Below the pieces are notes generated by a model. It searched no databases, was not told the origin of the DNA, and saw only the letters and a list, made by a program, of their open reading frames with translations. From Phycisphaeraceae bacterium (GTDB lineage Bacteria; Planctomycetota; Phycisphaerae; Phycisphaerales; UBA1924), in assembly GCA_019636625.1 (NCBI GenBank), contig JAHBXE010000020.1:1-64000 (forward strand): a DNA stretch of 64,000 nucleotides, in the 5' to 3' direction. The position numbers were made by a program, and so were the translations under genes. Each line of letters begins with the position of its first letter. The stretch's first letter is position 1. Positions 10,088 to 19,641 of the stretch are shown here, in pieces.

Positions 10088-11692
10088 ATGCCGCGGATCC
10101 AGTCCGTGCAACTCAAGGTCGGCCTCGAAGTCCACGTCGAACTGGCAACGCGGACCAAGATGTTCTCACGCTGCCCCAGCCCCGCTCATCCCGAGTTCGA
10201 CGGCGCCGAACCCAACTCCCTGATCGACCCCGTCGTGCTCGCCCTGCCGGGCGCGCTGCCCGTGATGAACCGCGCGGCGATCGAAATGGCCATGATGGTC
10301 GGCCTCGCCCTGAACTGCTCCATCGCCGAGCGGACCAAGTGGGACCGCAAGAGTTACTTCTACCCCGACCTGCCCAAGGGGTACCAGATCAGCCAGTACG
10401 ACCTTCCCCTCTGCTTCGACGGCGCTGTCGATGTCCCCGCGACCGACGACAAGGGCTTCATCATCCCCGACGCCGAGCCCGCCCGCATCGGCATCATCCG
10501 GGCCCACCTGGAAGAGGACGCGGGCAAGCTCCTGCACGAGGCTCCCGGCGGCGGCGCGATCGACTTCTCCATCGTGGACTGGAACCGTGCCGGCACACCC
10601 TTGCTCGAAATCGTCACCCAGCCCGACTTCACCCACGCCGACCAGGTCCTCAGTTTCGCCCGCATGCTCCGGAACATCTGTCGCTTCCTCGGCGTCACCG
10701 AGGGCATCATGCAAAAGGGCCACATCCGCTTCGAGCCCAACATCAACACCATCCTCACCCTCGACGACGGCAGAACCGCGACCACGCCCATCACGGAGGT
10801 GAAGAACCTGAACTCCTTCAAGGCCCTGCGCGGCGCGATCGAGCACGAACTCCGCGAGCAGCCCCGCCGCTGGCTCGGCGATGGCCGTGAGATGGGCGCG
10901 GGCCAGAAGCGCACCATGGGCTGGGATGATGCACGCCAGCAGACGTCCATCCAGCGCGAGAAGGAAGACGCCCACGACTACCGCTACTTCCCCGACCCCG
11001 ACCTGCTCCCCGTGGTCATCAGCCGCGCCTGGCGGGATGAAGTCGCCGCGCGCCTGCCCGAACTCCCCCTCGCTCGGCAGAAGCGGTACATGGAGATGTA
11101 CGCCCTGGCCGCCAAGGAGGCCGCGGCCCTGGTCGAGGAACGCGACGTCTGCCTGCTCTGCGAGGCCGCGATCGACGCCATGCAGCGCCGCGGGATGGAC
11201 GCCCCCCGCGCCGGCAGGGCCGCCGCCAACTTCATCCTGCAGAGCGGCGCCAAACGCGCCAACGAGCGCGACGTGCTCATCAGCGACCTGGGCATCACCG
11301 GCGATGAAATCGCGCAGATCGCCCTCCTCCGTGAGGAAGGCAAACTCAGCGCCGCGGGCGCGGATGAACTCTTCGGGATCCTCTGCGAGCCGGGGCGTCC
11401 CCCCGCCGGCGCGGCCACCCTCGGCGTACCCGAGCGCGATGTCGAAACCCTCGCCGGCGACCGGGGCCTGCTCATCATCCGCGACGACGCCGCCCTCGAC
11501 CGCTGGTGCGATGAAGTAATCGCCAAGAACGACAAGGTTGCCGCCGACGTCCGCGCCGGCAAGGCCGCGGCGATCGGCCGCCTCGTGGGCGAAGTGGTCA
11601 AACTCGCCGCCGCGCAGGGGCAAAGGGTCGATGCGAAGGTCGTGAGGGACGAGTTGGCGAAGAAACTGGGGGTATCCGAACCGCGACGGTAA
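10088..11692 (+). CDS. gatB: Asp-tRNA(Asn)/Glu-tRNA(Gln) amidotransferase subunit B
   Basis: MPRIQSVQLKVGLEVHVEL...KWDRKSYFYPDLPKGYQISQYD is the canonical GatB N-terminus. 534 aa. Confidence 0.9.
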   Translation: MPRIQSVQLKVGLEVHVELATRTKMFSRCPSPAHPEFDGAEPNSLIDPVVLALPGALPVMNRAAIEMAMMVGLALNCSIAERTKWDRKSYFYPDLPKGYQISQYDLPLCFDGAVDVPATDDKGFIIPDAEPARIGIIRAHLEEDAGKLLHEAPGGGAIDFSIVDWNRAGTPLLEIVTQPDFTHADQVLSFARMLRNICRFLGVTEGIMQKGHIRFEPNINTILTLDDGRTATTPITEVKNLNSFKALRGAIEHELREQPRRWLGDGREMGAGQKRTMGWDDARQQTSIQREKEDAHDYRYFPDPDLLPVVISRAWRDEVAARLPELPLARQKRYMEMYALAAKEAAALVEERDVCLLCEAAIDAMQRRGMDAPRAGRAAANFILQSGAKRANERDVLISDLGITGDEIAQIALLREEGKLSAAGADELFGILCEPGRPPAGAATLGVPERDVETLAGDRGLLIIRDDAALDRWCDEVIAKNDKVAADVRAGKAAAIGRLVGEVVKLAAAQGQRVDAKVVRDELAKKLGVSEPRR

Positions 11693-11756
11693 TGGAGCGG
11701 GTGCCTTCCGTATCCGAAGCGCGATACGAGACGAGACATCAAGTCTTCGCTCACCC

Positions 11757-12162
11757 AAATGGATTGATCACTTCCAAACCGGTGACCAGTCCACCGGGCG
11801 CATCTTCCGAGTACAACCTCGTCACCCCCCCCCTCAAGGCACGCCGCGATGATCATGGCATCCCAGAAAGCGATCCCGCGTTCGAGGTGCAACACCCGCG
11901 CCCGATCCAGCGTCGCCGCAGGCGGCATAAGGAGCGGAAAGAGTTTGACCAAAGTGGCAAGCCTCGACCAGGCATCCGCTTGCGTGAAGCCGTACGAGGC
12001 GAGCTTCCGTGAAGCCGCCACGAACTCACAGGCCACTTGCCATGGCATGACGGTGTTTCGCAGGTTGGCGATCAACTCGAACGCCCTTTGCTGCTTGTCG
12101 CGGTCCCGCGCATCGCAGGCATACAGCAGAATGTTCGTATCAACGGCGTTCATGAAGTTCAT
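11757..12162 (-). pseudogene. vapC: PIN-domain toxin VapC, frameshifted at a C9/G9 homopolymer
   Basis: MNAVDTNILLYA...FWDAMIIAACLEGG is a PIN domain. After the poly-C tract at 11825-11833 the frame reads on with no stop. A -1 shift in that tract gives TRLYSEDAPGGLVTGLEVINPFG*, a typical VapC end. Confidence 0.5.
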
Positions 12163-12370
12163 CCCGACTGGGATATCCGCCGCCGTTGGAAGTGAACTTC
12201 ATCCGGGCAACGCCTTCACGGAACTCCCGCAGCGCCTCCGCACGACCCGCCTCATCAGGCTGATCCAGCGACTCCACGATCACACGCACACGTTCATGTT
12301 CGCGGAGCGTCAGCTTGCCCTCGGGCTTGAGGACGCCATTGGCGAAGATGGCTTCGGTGACCTGCGTCAT
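12140..12370 (-). CDS. type II antitoxin (DUF104/VapB-like)
   Basis: MTQVTEAIFANGVLKPEGKLTLREHERVRVIVE is the characteristic antitoxin N-terminus. It lies immediately upstream of vapC and overlaps it. Confidence 0.5.
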   Translation of the reverse strand: MTQVTEAIFANGVLKPEGKLTLREHERVRVIVESLDQPDEAGRAEALREFREGVARMKFTSNGGGYPSRDELHERR

Positions 12371-12437
12371 CGCTCCAAGTGTATCGGTCAAAACGGTCGA
12401 ACGCACCACCACAAGGCGGGTCGTACCATCCTCCCCC

Positions 12438-13751
12438 ATGGACGCCTTCGCCTACACCCCCGACCTTCACTGCGAAAGCCATCCACTCCGCCACCTCGCG
12501 GAACGTTTCGGCACGCCCACCTACATCTACTCCCGCGCCACGCTCGAAGGCCATTACGACCGCCTCGCCGCCGCCTTCGCCGAACTCCACCCGCTCATCT
12601 GCTTCTCCGTCAAGTCCTGCCCCAACATCCACATCGGCCGAATCCTCGCCGAGCGCGGCAGCGGAATGGACGTCGTCTCCGGCGGCGAACTGCACCGGGC
12701 CCTCCTCGCCGGCACGCCCCCGGAAAGAATCGTCTACGCCGGCGTCGGCAAGACCCAGACCGAGATCGACGCCGCGCTGCGCGCCCGCATCGCCTACTTC
12801 AACATCGAATCCGAGCCCGAGTTCGAGACCATCGCTTCGATCGCCCGGCGCCTGAACATCCGCACCCGCGGCGCCCTCCGCATCAACCCCGACGTCGACC
12901 CCCGCACCCATGCCTACACCTCCACCGGCAAGCGCGATTCCAAGTTCGGCGTCGATATCGGGCGCGCCGTCCGCTTCTTTGAGACCTATGGGCGCGACGA
13001 CTTCCTGAAACTCGATGCGCTCCACCTGCACATCGGCTCCCCCGTCTACGAAGTCGCCCCCTACATCGACGCCATCCAGAAGGCCCTCGCCCTCATCGAT
13101 AAACTCGCCGCCCGACACTTCACCGTCTCCACCCTCGACCTCGGCGGAGGCTTCGGCGCCGACTACGAAACCGCCAGGTCCCCGCTCGCCGCCGACTACG
13201 CCGCGGCCATTGTCCCCCTCCTCCGCGACCGCGCCGCCAAGGGGCTGAAGGTCATCCTCGAGCCCGGCCGCTCCATCGCCGCCAACGCCGGCGTTCTGCT
13301 CACGCGTGTCCTGTACGTCAAGGACGGCTGGGGCGCCGGCCCGGACGGCGCGCCCGTGCCAAAGAAGTTCATCATCTGCGACGCCGGGATGAACACCCTC
13401 CTCCGCCCCGCCCTCTACAGCGCCTTCCACTTTGTCTGGCCCGTTGCCCCCGGCCCGAACTTCATCCCCGAGCGCCGCGCCCAAGCCCAGTCCATGCCCG
13501 GCCTCGAACGGTGCGACGTCGTCGGCCCCATCTGCGAGTCCTCCGACTTCCTCGCCAAGGACCGCTTCCTCCCGCCCATGAAGCAAGGCGACCTGCTCGC
13601 CGTCTTCACCGCCGGTGCTTACGGCATGTCCATGGCCTCCACGTACAACTCCCACGGCCTCCCCGCCGAGGTCCTCGTCGAGGGCGCCTCGACCCGGCTC
13701 ATCCGCCGCCGCCAGGCCATCGCCGACCTCGTCGCGCCCGAGCAGTTCTGA
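12438..13751 (+). CDS. lysA: diaminopimelate decarboxylase
   Basis: Contains FGTPTYIY...ICFSVKSCPN...GMDVVSGGEL...LHLHIGSP...CESSDFL, which are PLP-fold type III decarboxylase motifs. Confidence 0.85.
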   Translation: MDAFAYTPDLHCESHPLRHLAERFGTPTYIYSRATLEGHYDRLAAAFAELHPLICFSVKSCPNIHIGRILAERGSGMDVVSGGELHRALLAGTPPERIVYAGVGKTQTEIDAALRARIAYFNIESEPEFETIASIARRLNIRTRGALRINPDVDPRTHAYTSTGKRDSKFGVDIGRAVRFFETYGRDDFLKLDALHLHIGSPVYEVAPYIDAIQKALALIDKLAARHFTVSTLDLGGGFGADYETARSPLAADYAAAIVPLLRDRAAKGLKVILEPGRSIAANAGVLLTRVLYVKDGWGAGPDGAPVPKKFIICDAGMNTLLRPALYSAFHFVWPVAPGPNFIPERRAQAQSMPGLERCDVVGPICESSDFLAKDRFLPPMKQGDLLAVFTAGAYGMSMASTYNSHGLPAEVLVEGASTRLIRRRQAIADLVAPEQF

Positions 13752-13932
13752 CCGAGCCGAGGGGTCCAGCGCCCGAACGCCCTTGGGGCGCACCACCACC
13801 GGTTGTGTGCCGCCGAAAAACTGGCGAATCCGCGCCGGTTTTTCTGAAACTGTCCATGCAACCTGCCAAAGATGCTCGTGACGCCGGCCGTCTCGCTTCA
13901 CACGCACACCCGGCGTCCGCGGGGAGATTCAC

Positions 13933-15615
13933 ATGGGCGTCATGATCATTCTCGTTGGCTTCGGTCTCGCCGTCACGATTCTCGTTGCCGCCTCCAAACT
14001 GCCCGAGAAGTCACTCAAGGCCGCGGCGGGCCTGCTCGCCCTGGTCATCCTTGTCGGCTCGATCGTGGCCAGTTCCGTCCGCCACATCGATTCCGACGAG
14101 GTCGGGATCGTCGTGAAGAACATCGGCACCCGCAGCCTCCAGGGTGGAGCGTACATCGCCGTCAACGGCGAGCAAGGCGTCCAGGCCGACGTCCTCGCCC
14201 CGGGCTGGCACTTCTGGTTCTGGCCCATCATCTACGAGGTGCAGGAAGTCCCCCTCACCGAAGTCCCCTCCGGCCAGATCGCCATCATCGATGCCAAGGA
14301 CGGCCTCCCACTCCCCGCCGGACAGGTCATCGCTCCCGAGTGGAAGGCCGACGACTTCAAGCAAATGCTCGACGCCCGCTACTTCCTCACCACCGGCAAG
14401 GGCGTCCGCGGCACGCAGGCCTCCGTCCTCACGCCCGGCAAGTACCGCCTCAACACCGCCCTCTTCAAGGTCAAGATGGTCCCCGTCACGGAAGTCCTCC
14501 AGGGTGAGGTCGCCGTCCTCAAGGCCAACTTCGGAACGCCGCCGACCATGACCGTGTCCGGCGTCGCCGGTTTGCTCGAATCCACCGGCGGAGACGATCC
14601 CGCGGCCGATCGCCTCATGCTCGCCCGCGAAGGCGAGATGGGCATCCGTCACGCGACCCTTCCCCCGGGCAAGTACCCGATCAATACCGACGCCTACACC
14701 GTCGTCGAGGTCTGGACGACCCAGATGATCGCGCACTACTCGGCCTCCGCCTCAGCTCCAGCGCCGATCACTCCCCCTCCGACCGCCGCCGGTCAGAAGG
14801 CGGCGCAAACGGAGGAACGCGAAATCACCGTCCGCACCAGCGACGGCTTCACCTTCCCGGTGGATGTCCGGATCGAGTACATCGTCGAACCCAAGAACGC
14901 GCCGGTCGTCGTGGCCAAGCTCGGCGATGATGAAGGGGAACGCTTCCGCAACGCGCTCAACTCCGCCGTCCGCGCCATCTTCCGCAACAACGCCGAGAGC
15001 GTCCGCGCCCTCGACTACGTTCAGCAGCGCTCCCACCAGGAGCAGCAGTCCCTCACCATGCTCGCCAAGCAGATGGAACGCTTCGGTGTCACCGTCACCG
15101 CCGTCCGCATCGGCGACATCGGCGACGAGAAAACCCTCGGCAACCTCCTCAAGACCCAGACCGACCGCGAAATCGCCAAGCAGGAACTCCTGACGTTCCA
15201 GGAGCAGCAGAAGGCCGCCGAGCAGAAGCGCCAACTCTCCCGCGCCACCCAGGAAGCCGAGGAAGAAAAGCGCCTCGCCACCGCCGCCTACGCCGCCAAG
15301 ATCGCCGAGGAGACCAAGAAGCAGAAGATCACCGAGGCCATGGCCGAGGCCGAGGCCATCACCATCCGCGCCAAGGCCCAGTCCGACGCCTACAAGCTCA
15401 TCGCCGACCAGATCGGCAAGTCCAACGCCGCCCTCATCGAAGTCCTCAAGATCGTCGGCGAACGCAACATCCAGATCGCCCCGCGCGTCATGGTTACCGG
15501 CAGCGGCGCCGCCAACGGCTCCACCACCGCCCTCATCGGCACCATGCTCGACACCATGATGAGCCGCGAGGAACCCCCCGCACGCCCCGTCTCCGGCCTC
15601 GAACGCCAGCCCTGA
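13933..15615 (+). CDS. SPFH/band-7 family protein (flotillin-like)
   Basis: N-terminal TM helix, an SPFH-like core, and a long C-terminal charged coiled coil (QELLTFQEQQKAAEQKRQLSRATQEAEEEKRLATAAYAAKIAEETKKQK) typical of flotillins. Confidence 0.75.
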   Translation: MGVMIILVGFGLAVTILVAASKLPEKSLKAAAGLLALVILVGSIVASSVRHIDSDEVGIVVKNIGTRSLQGGAYIAVNGEQGVQADVLAPGWHFWFWPIIYEVQEVPLTEVPSGQIAIIDAKDGLPLPAGQVIAPEWKADDFKQMLDARYFLTTGKGVRGTQASVLTPGKYRLNTALFKVKMVPVTEVLQGEVAVLKANFGTPPTMTVSGVAGLLESTGGDDPAADRLMLAREGEMGIRHATLPPGKYPINTDAYTVVEVWTTQMIAHYSASASAPAPITPPPTAAGQKAAQTEEREITVRTSDGFTFPVDVRIEYIVEPKNAPVVVAKLGDDEGERFRNALNSAVRAIFRNNAESVRALDYVQQRSHQEQQSLTMLAKQMERFGVTVTAVRIGDIGDEKTLGNLLKTQTDREIAKQELLTFQEQQKAAEQKRQLSRATQEAEEEKRLATAAYAAKIAEETKKQKITEAMAEAEAITIRAKAQSDAYKLIADQIGKSNAALIEVLKIVGERNIQIAPRVMVTGSGAANGSTTALIGTMLDTMMSREEPPARPVSGLERQP

Positions 15616-15643
15616 TCCTTCGTCGATCCGCACCCCGGCCCCC

Positions 15644-16840
15644 GTGCCCCCGCCGCGCCCTCCGCGGCGGCTTTTCCTCCGTCCGCGTCTACCCTTCCCC
15701 GTGACCGCCCCCGCCCCGCATCCCCTCTCGCTTACCGCCGCACCCTTCGCCGCGGCGTACGCGCACCTTAAGGGCGACACGCGCGCCCTCTACCGCGACC
15801 TCTTCCGCCAAGGCGCCGCCACCGGCCTTTCGATCGACCTTCCGCCCATCGTCCGCCAGCTCCGGTCCGAGTCTCCAGAGGGTGAGGTCATCAAGTTCGT
15901 GCTCGATCTCGGTGGCACGCCTCTCCGAGGCCTGTCTTTGGGCGATGCCTCTGCCCCAGGTACGGCTCGCGACAATGCCACCGGCACGCACGCCTCGGAG
16001 CGGCGTGCCACCTCCGAATCCGTTCTCATTCCGATGATCGGCCGCGGCGGCATCCGCACCTACACCCTCTGCGTCTCCAGCCAGGTCGGCTGCGCCATGG
16101 GCTGCACGTTCTGCGAAACCGCGCAGATGGGCCTGATCCGCTCGCTCGAGCCCCACGAGATTGTCGCCCAGTGGTTTACCGCCGCGCACGTGCTCGGTAT
16201 CCGCCCCAAGAACATCGTCTTCATGGGCATGGGCGAGCCGCTGGACAACTTCGACAACGTCATCCAGGCCATCGCTGTCCTCACCGACCACCTCGGCGCG
16301 CACGTCGCCATGAACAAGATCACGGTCTCCACCGTCGGTCGTATCGACGGCATGAAGAAACTCGCGGCCCAGATCCACCAGCCCGGCTGGCATCGCCTGA
16401 ACCTTGCCGTGTCCGTCAACGCCCCCAACGACCGCATCCGCTCGCAAATCATGCCCATCAACCGTGCCATGCCCATGGCCGAACTTCGCGAGGTTCTCCT
16501 CGACTGGCCCAAGTACGGCGGCGCGAAGATCTGCATCGAGTACGTGCTCATCCCCGGCGTCAACGATGCGCCGGAACACGCCCGCGAGCTGGCGGAGTAC
16601 GTCGCTCCGCTCCCCGCCTGCGTAAACCTCATCCCGTACAACCCGCGCCGTGATTCTCCCTGGCCTGCACCGGATGAAGCGGATGTCACCCGGTTCATGG
16701 AGTGGCTCGCCGCCGCGGGAGCCTATGTCAAACGTCGCCGCACCAAGGGTCGCGACATGATGGGCGCGTGCGGGCAACTGGGGAATCCGGAGATTCGCAA
16801 GCGCAAACACACTCCGCTGACAGTCTCCAGCGCTGAGTGA
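15644..16840 (+). CDS. rlmN: 23S rRNA/tRNA (adenine-C2)-methyltransferase, radical SAM
   Basis: CVSSQVGCAMGCTFCETAQMG is the CxxxCxxC radical-SAM motif in RlmN context, and MGMGEPLDNFDNV follows. The true start may be a downstream alternative start codon. Confidence 0.8.
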   Translation: MPPPRPPRRLFLRPRLPFPVTAPAPHPLSLTAAPFAAAYAHLKGDTRALYRDLFRQGAATGLSIDLPPIVRQLRSESPEGEVIKFVLDLGGTPLRGLSLGDASAPGTARDNATGTHASERRATSESVLIPMIGRGGIRTYTLCVSSQVGCAMGCTFCETAQMGLIRSLEPHEIVAQWFTAAHVLGIRPKNIVFMGMGEPLDNFDNVIQAIAVLTDHLGAHVAMNKITVSTVGRIDGMKKLAAQIHQPGWHRLNLAVSVNAPNDRIRSQIMPINRAMPMAELREVLLDWPKYGGAKICIEYVLIPGVNDAPEHARELAEYVAPLPACVNLIPYNPRRDSPWPAPDEADVTRFMEWLAAAGAYVKRRRTKGRDMMGACGQLGNPEIRKRKHTPLTVSSAE

Positions 16841-16853
16841 ACCGGGACACTGA

Positions 16854-19496
16854 TTGTCTTCCATTCCGCCAGAGTCGAAACACAGGACCCGCCACGTGTG
16901 GCGCCGTGGGCTGCCGCTGGCACTTTACGCGCTACTCGTGCTGCTGTCGTGGGCCGTCGAACGGCCAACCGCCCCCAATGTTCATCGTCCCTCTGCAACG
17001 GTCCGCGCCTTTGGCCACCGTGACAGCGAGGCAACCCACATTCGGGTCGCCTACGACGACTTCCCCTCCCAATCCGACCACGCACGCCCCCCCGTCATCA
17101 TCCTCCACGGCTCCCCCGGCCGCGCCCGCGAACTCGCGCCCCTCGCCCGTGCCTTTCAATCCCACGGCTACCGCGTCCTCACCCCCGACCTCCCCGGCTT
17201 CGGCGATTCCACCCGCGATCCCCCCGACCTCTCCATCGAGGCCCACGCCCGCCAGATCCTCGGGCTCATGGACCAACTCAAGATCCCGCGGGCGCACATC
17301 ATCGGCTGGTCCCTCGGCGGCGGCGTCGGCATGCACATGGCCGACAAGGCCCCCGATCGAATCGCCTCCCTCACGCTCATGGCCTCCATCTCCGACCAGA
17401 GTGTCGAAGGCACGCGGTCGTACTTCGCCGAGCACGCCAAGTACGCCGCGGGTTACGCCGCCGCGACACTCGCCCGTTATGCCATCCCACACTTTGGCCT
17501 CCTCGCCCCGCTCGACGATATCCGCGCCTCCATGCGGAACTTCTGGGACACCGACATGCGCCCCCTCACGGGGATCATGCAGCGCCTCACCACGCCCACC
17601 CTCATCCTCCACGGTCGGCACGACTTCCTCGTTCCTCCCTACGCCGCCGAGCACTCGCACGACCTCATCCAGCCCAGCCGCCTGGTCATCACCGAGCACA
17701 GCCACTTCTACCCCTTCCTGCAGCCCGAGCTCGCCGCCTCGCACATCCTCCCCCTCCTCCGCCGCCACGATGAGCCCGGAATTCCCGCCCTCCGCCAGCG
17801 TGCCGACCTTGCCCCCGAACCTGCGCCGCTCTTTGGCACACCGGGCCGCTGGCTCGAAAGTGCCTTCCATCGCGCCAACTGGATCATCCTCACCATCGCC
17901 GGCTTTCTCCTCCTGCTCTGGCGGTTCCGCACCGGCGCCATCCTGCTCTTCCTCGCCGTCGCCTCCGGCCTCATCGACAACGGCATCGCCTTCGCCGCCC
18001 TCTTCATCCTCCAACTCACCGCCGCCGTCCGCTTCTACCTCCGCGGCCGGCGACTCTCCCACGCCCCGCGCATCATCGGCCGCGGCACCGCCGCCCGCAC
18101 CCCCTCACACTGGCGCGACATCCTCTCCGCGCACCCCATCCGCGCCGCCCTCGCCACTCGCCTCGTCCCCCACGAACTCGAAACCGCCTTCGAAGCCGCA
18201 GGCTTCCACCGGCTCTTCCCGCTCCGCTTCTTCACCGCCGCGTTCCTCGCCTGGTGCCTGTGGATGCTCGGCTACTTCATCGCCTCCATCGCCTCCTACG
18301 CGTTCATCATCCGCCCCCTCACCTCCTCCCTCGGCCCCATCGGCTGCCTCCTCGGCATCGCCCTCACCATCCCCCTCATCCGTTCGGCGGAGCTCCTGCT
18401 CACCCGTCACGGCCGCCGCCGCCTCCGCATGTCGTGGACCCGCCTCACCCGCCGCGAATACTGGCCCGCCGAACTCCTGTACTGGCCCATGGCCCCGTTC
18501 TACATCGTCTGGGGCCTCCGCCATGGCCCGATCGCCTTCACCGCCTGCAATCCCGGCATCGACAGCGGTGGGGGGGTCATCGGCGAGTCGAAGCAGGCCA
18601 TCCTTGACGCGCTCGCCGACGCACACCCATGGGTTCTCCGCTCCATCCGCATCGAACGCGGCAGCCCCGAAACTCGCGCCACGCAAGCCCTGGCCGCCAT
18701 CACCGCCGACCCCGCCCTCGCCTTCCCCGTCATCCTCAAGCCCGACGCCGGCTACCGCGGCTTCGCCGTCAAACTCGCCCGTTCCGAGCAGGACGTACGC
18801 CACTACTTCGCCGCCATGCACGCGCCCGCGATCGTCCAGGAGTACCACCCCGGTCCCAACGAGTGCGGCATCCTTTGGGCCCGCGACCTCGACGCGCCGC
18901 CCGGCTCACCCACCGTCGGTCGCATCTTCTCCATCACCCGCAAGACCTTCCCCATCCTCACCGGCGACGGCCGGCGCCCCCTCGAGGACCTCATCCTCCG
19001 CCACCCGCGCTTCCACGCCCAGGCCGGCATCTTCCTCGAACGCTGGGCGCCAGACCGCCGCACCATCCTCTCCGACGGCCAGGCCCTCCGCCTCGCCGAG
19101 TCCGGCAACCATTGCCAGGGCACGCTGTTCTCCGACGGCAGCGACCTCATCACCCCCGAACTCGAGGCCCGCATCGACGCCATCGCCCGGTCATTCCGCG
19201 GCGGGCTGGACATCGGCCGCTTCGACCTCCGCTACGAATCCGACGAGAAACTCCGCCGCGGCGAGGGCTTCCGCATCATCGAACTCAACGGTGTCACCGG
19301 CGAGTCCACCAACATCTACGACCCCGCCCGATCCCTCCTCTGGGCCTTCGCCGTCACCATCCGCCAATGGCGGCTGATGTACCAACTCGGCGCCGCCCGC
19401 ATCCGCGCCGGCCACAAGCCCCTCCCCGTCCGCGAGCTCTTCCGCCGAATCCGCGAGCACAAACGCTCACGCTCCGGCCCACCCCTCGCCGACTGA
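16854..19496 (+). CDS. three-part fusion: alpha/beta-hydrolase, polytopic membrane segment, ATP-grasp-like ligase domain
   Basis: N-terminus has HGSPG and the nucleophile elbow GWSLGGGVG. The middle has several TM helices. The C-terminus has FPVILKPDAGYRGFAVKL...IVQEYHPGPNECGILWA...IELNGVTGESTNI, an ATP-grasp pattern. TTG or GTG start. Confidence 0.65.
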   Translation: MSSIPPESKHRTRHVWRRGLPLALYALLVLLSWAVERPTAPNVHRPSATVRAFGHRDSEATHIRVAYDDFPSQSDHARPPVIILHGSPGRARELAPLARAFQSHGYRVLTPDLPGFGDSTRDPPDLSIEAHARQILGLMDQLKIPRAHIIGWSLGGGVGMHMADKAPDRIASLTLMASISDQSVEGTRSYFAEHAKYAAGYAAATLARYAIPHFGLLAPLDDIRASMRNFWDTDMRPLTGIMQRLTTPTLILHGRHDFLVPPYAAEHSHDLIQPSRLVITEHSHFYPFLQPELAASHILPLLRRHDEPGIPALRQRADLAPEPAPLFGTPGRWLESAFHRANWIILTIAGFLLLLWRFRTGAILLFLAVASGLIDNGIAFAALFILQLTAAVRFYLRGRRLSHAPRIIGRGTAARTPSHWRDILSAHPIRAALATRLVPHELETAFEAAGFHRLFPLRFFTAAFLAWCLWMLGYFIASIASYAFIIRPLTSSLGPIGCLLGIALTIPLIRSAELLLTRHGRRRLRMSWTRLTRREYWPAELLYWPMAPFYIVWGLRHGPIAFTACNPGIDSGGGVIGESKQAILDALADAHPWVLRSIRIERGSPETRATQALAAITADPALAFPVILKPDAGYRGFAVKLARSEQDVRHYFAAMHAPAIVQEYHPGPNECGILWARDLDAPPGSPTVGRIFSITRKTFPILTGDGRRPLEDLILRHPRFHAQAGIFLERWAPDRRTILSDGQALRLAESGNHCQGTLFSDGSDLITPELEARIDAIARSFRGGLDIGRFDLRYESDEKLRRGEGFRIIELNGVTGESTNIYDPARSLLWAFAVTIRQWRLMYQLGAARIRAGHKPLPVRELFRRIREHKRSRSGPPLAD

Positions 19497-19641
19497 AACG
19501 CTATCCGCTCCGACGCCGCGGCATCGACAAGATCACGCCCGACCATGCCATCGAAGTCGGCTTGGCGACTTCGACGCAATTCACCAGAACCGTGCCCTCA
19601 CCTCGGCCCGACGGACCGGACGCGTACCCGCCCCAGCGTTC

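Noticed and set aside
10166-11758. 530-aa minus-strand ORF
   Set aside because: It is antisense to gatB, and its 5' part is the run-on of the frameshifted vapC frame.
12294-13907. 537-aa minus-strand ORF
   Set aside because: It is antisense to lysA.
15689-16864. 391-aa minus-strand ORF
   Set aside because: It is antisense to rlmN, which has the CxxxCxxC radical-SAM motif.
16837-19377. 846-aa plus-strand ORF overlapping 16854-19496 in another frame
   Set aside because: It is Ser/Pro/Thr/Ala low-complexity with no motifs. The other frame carries the hydrolase GxSxG and ATP-grasp motifs.
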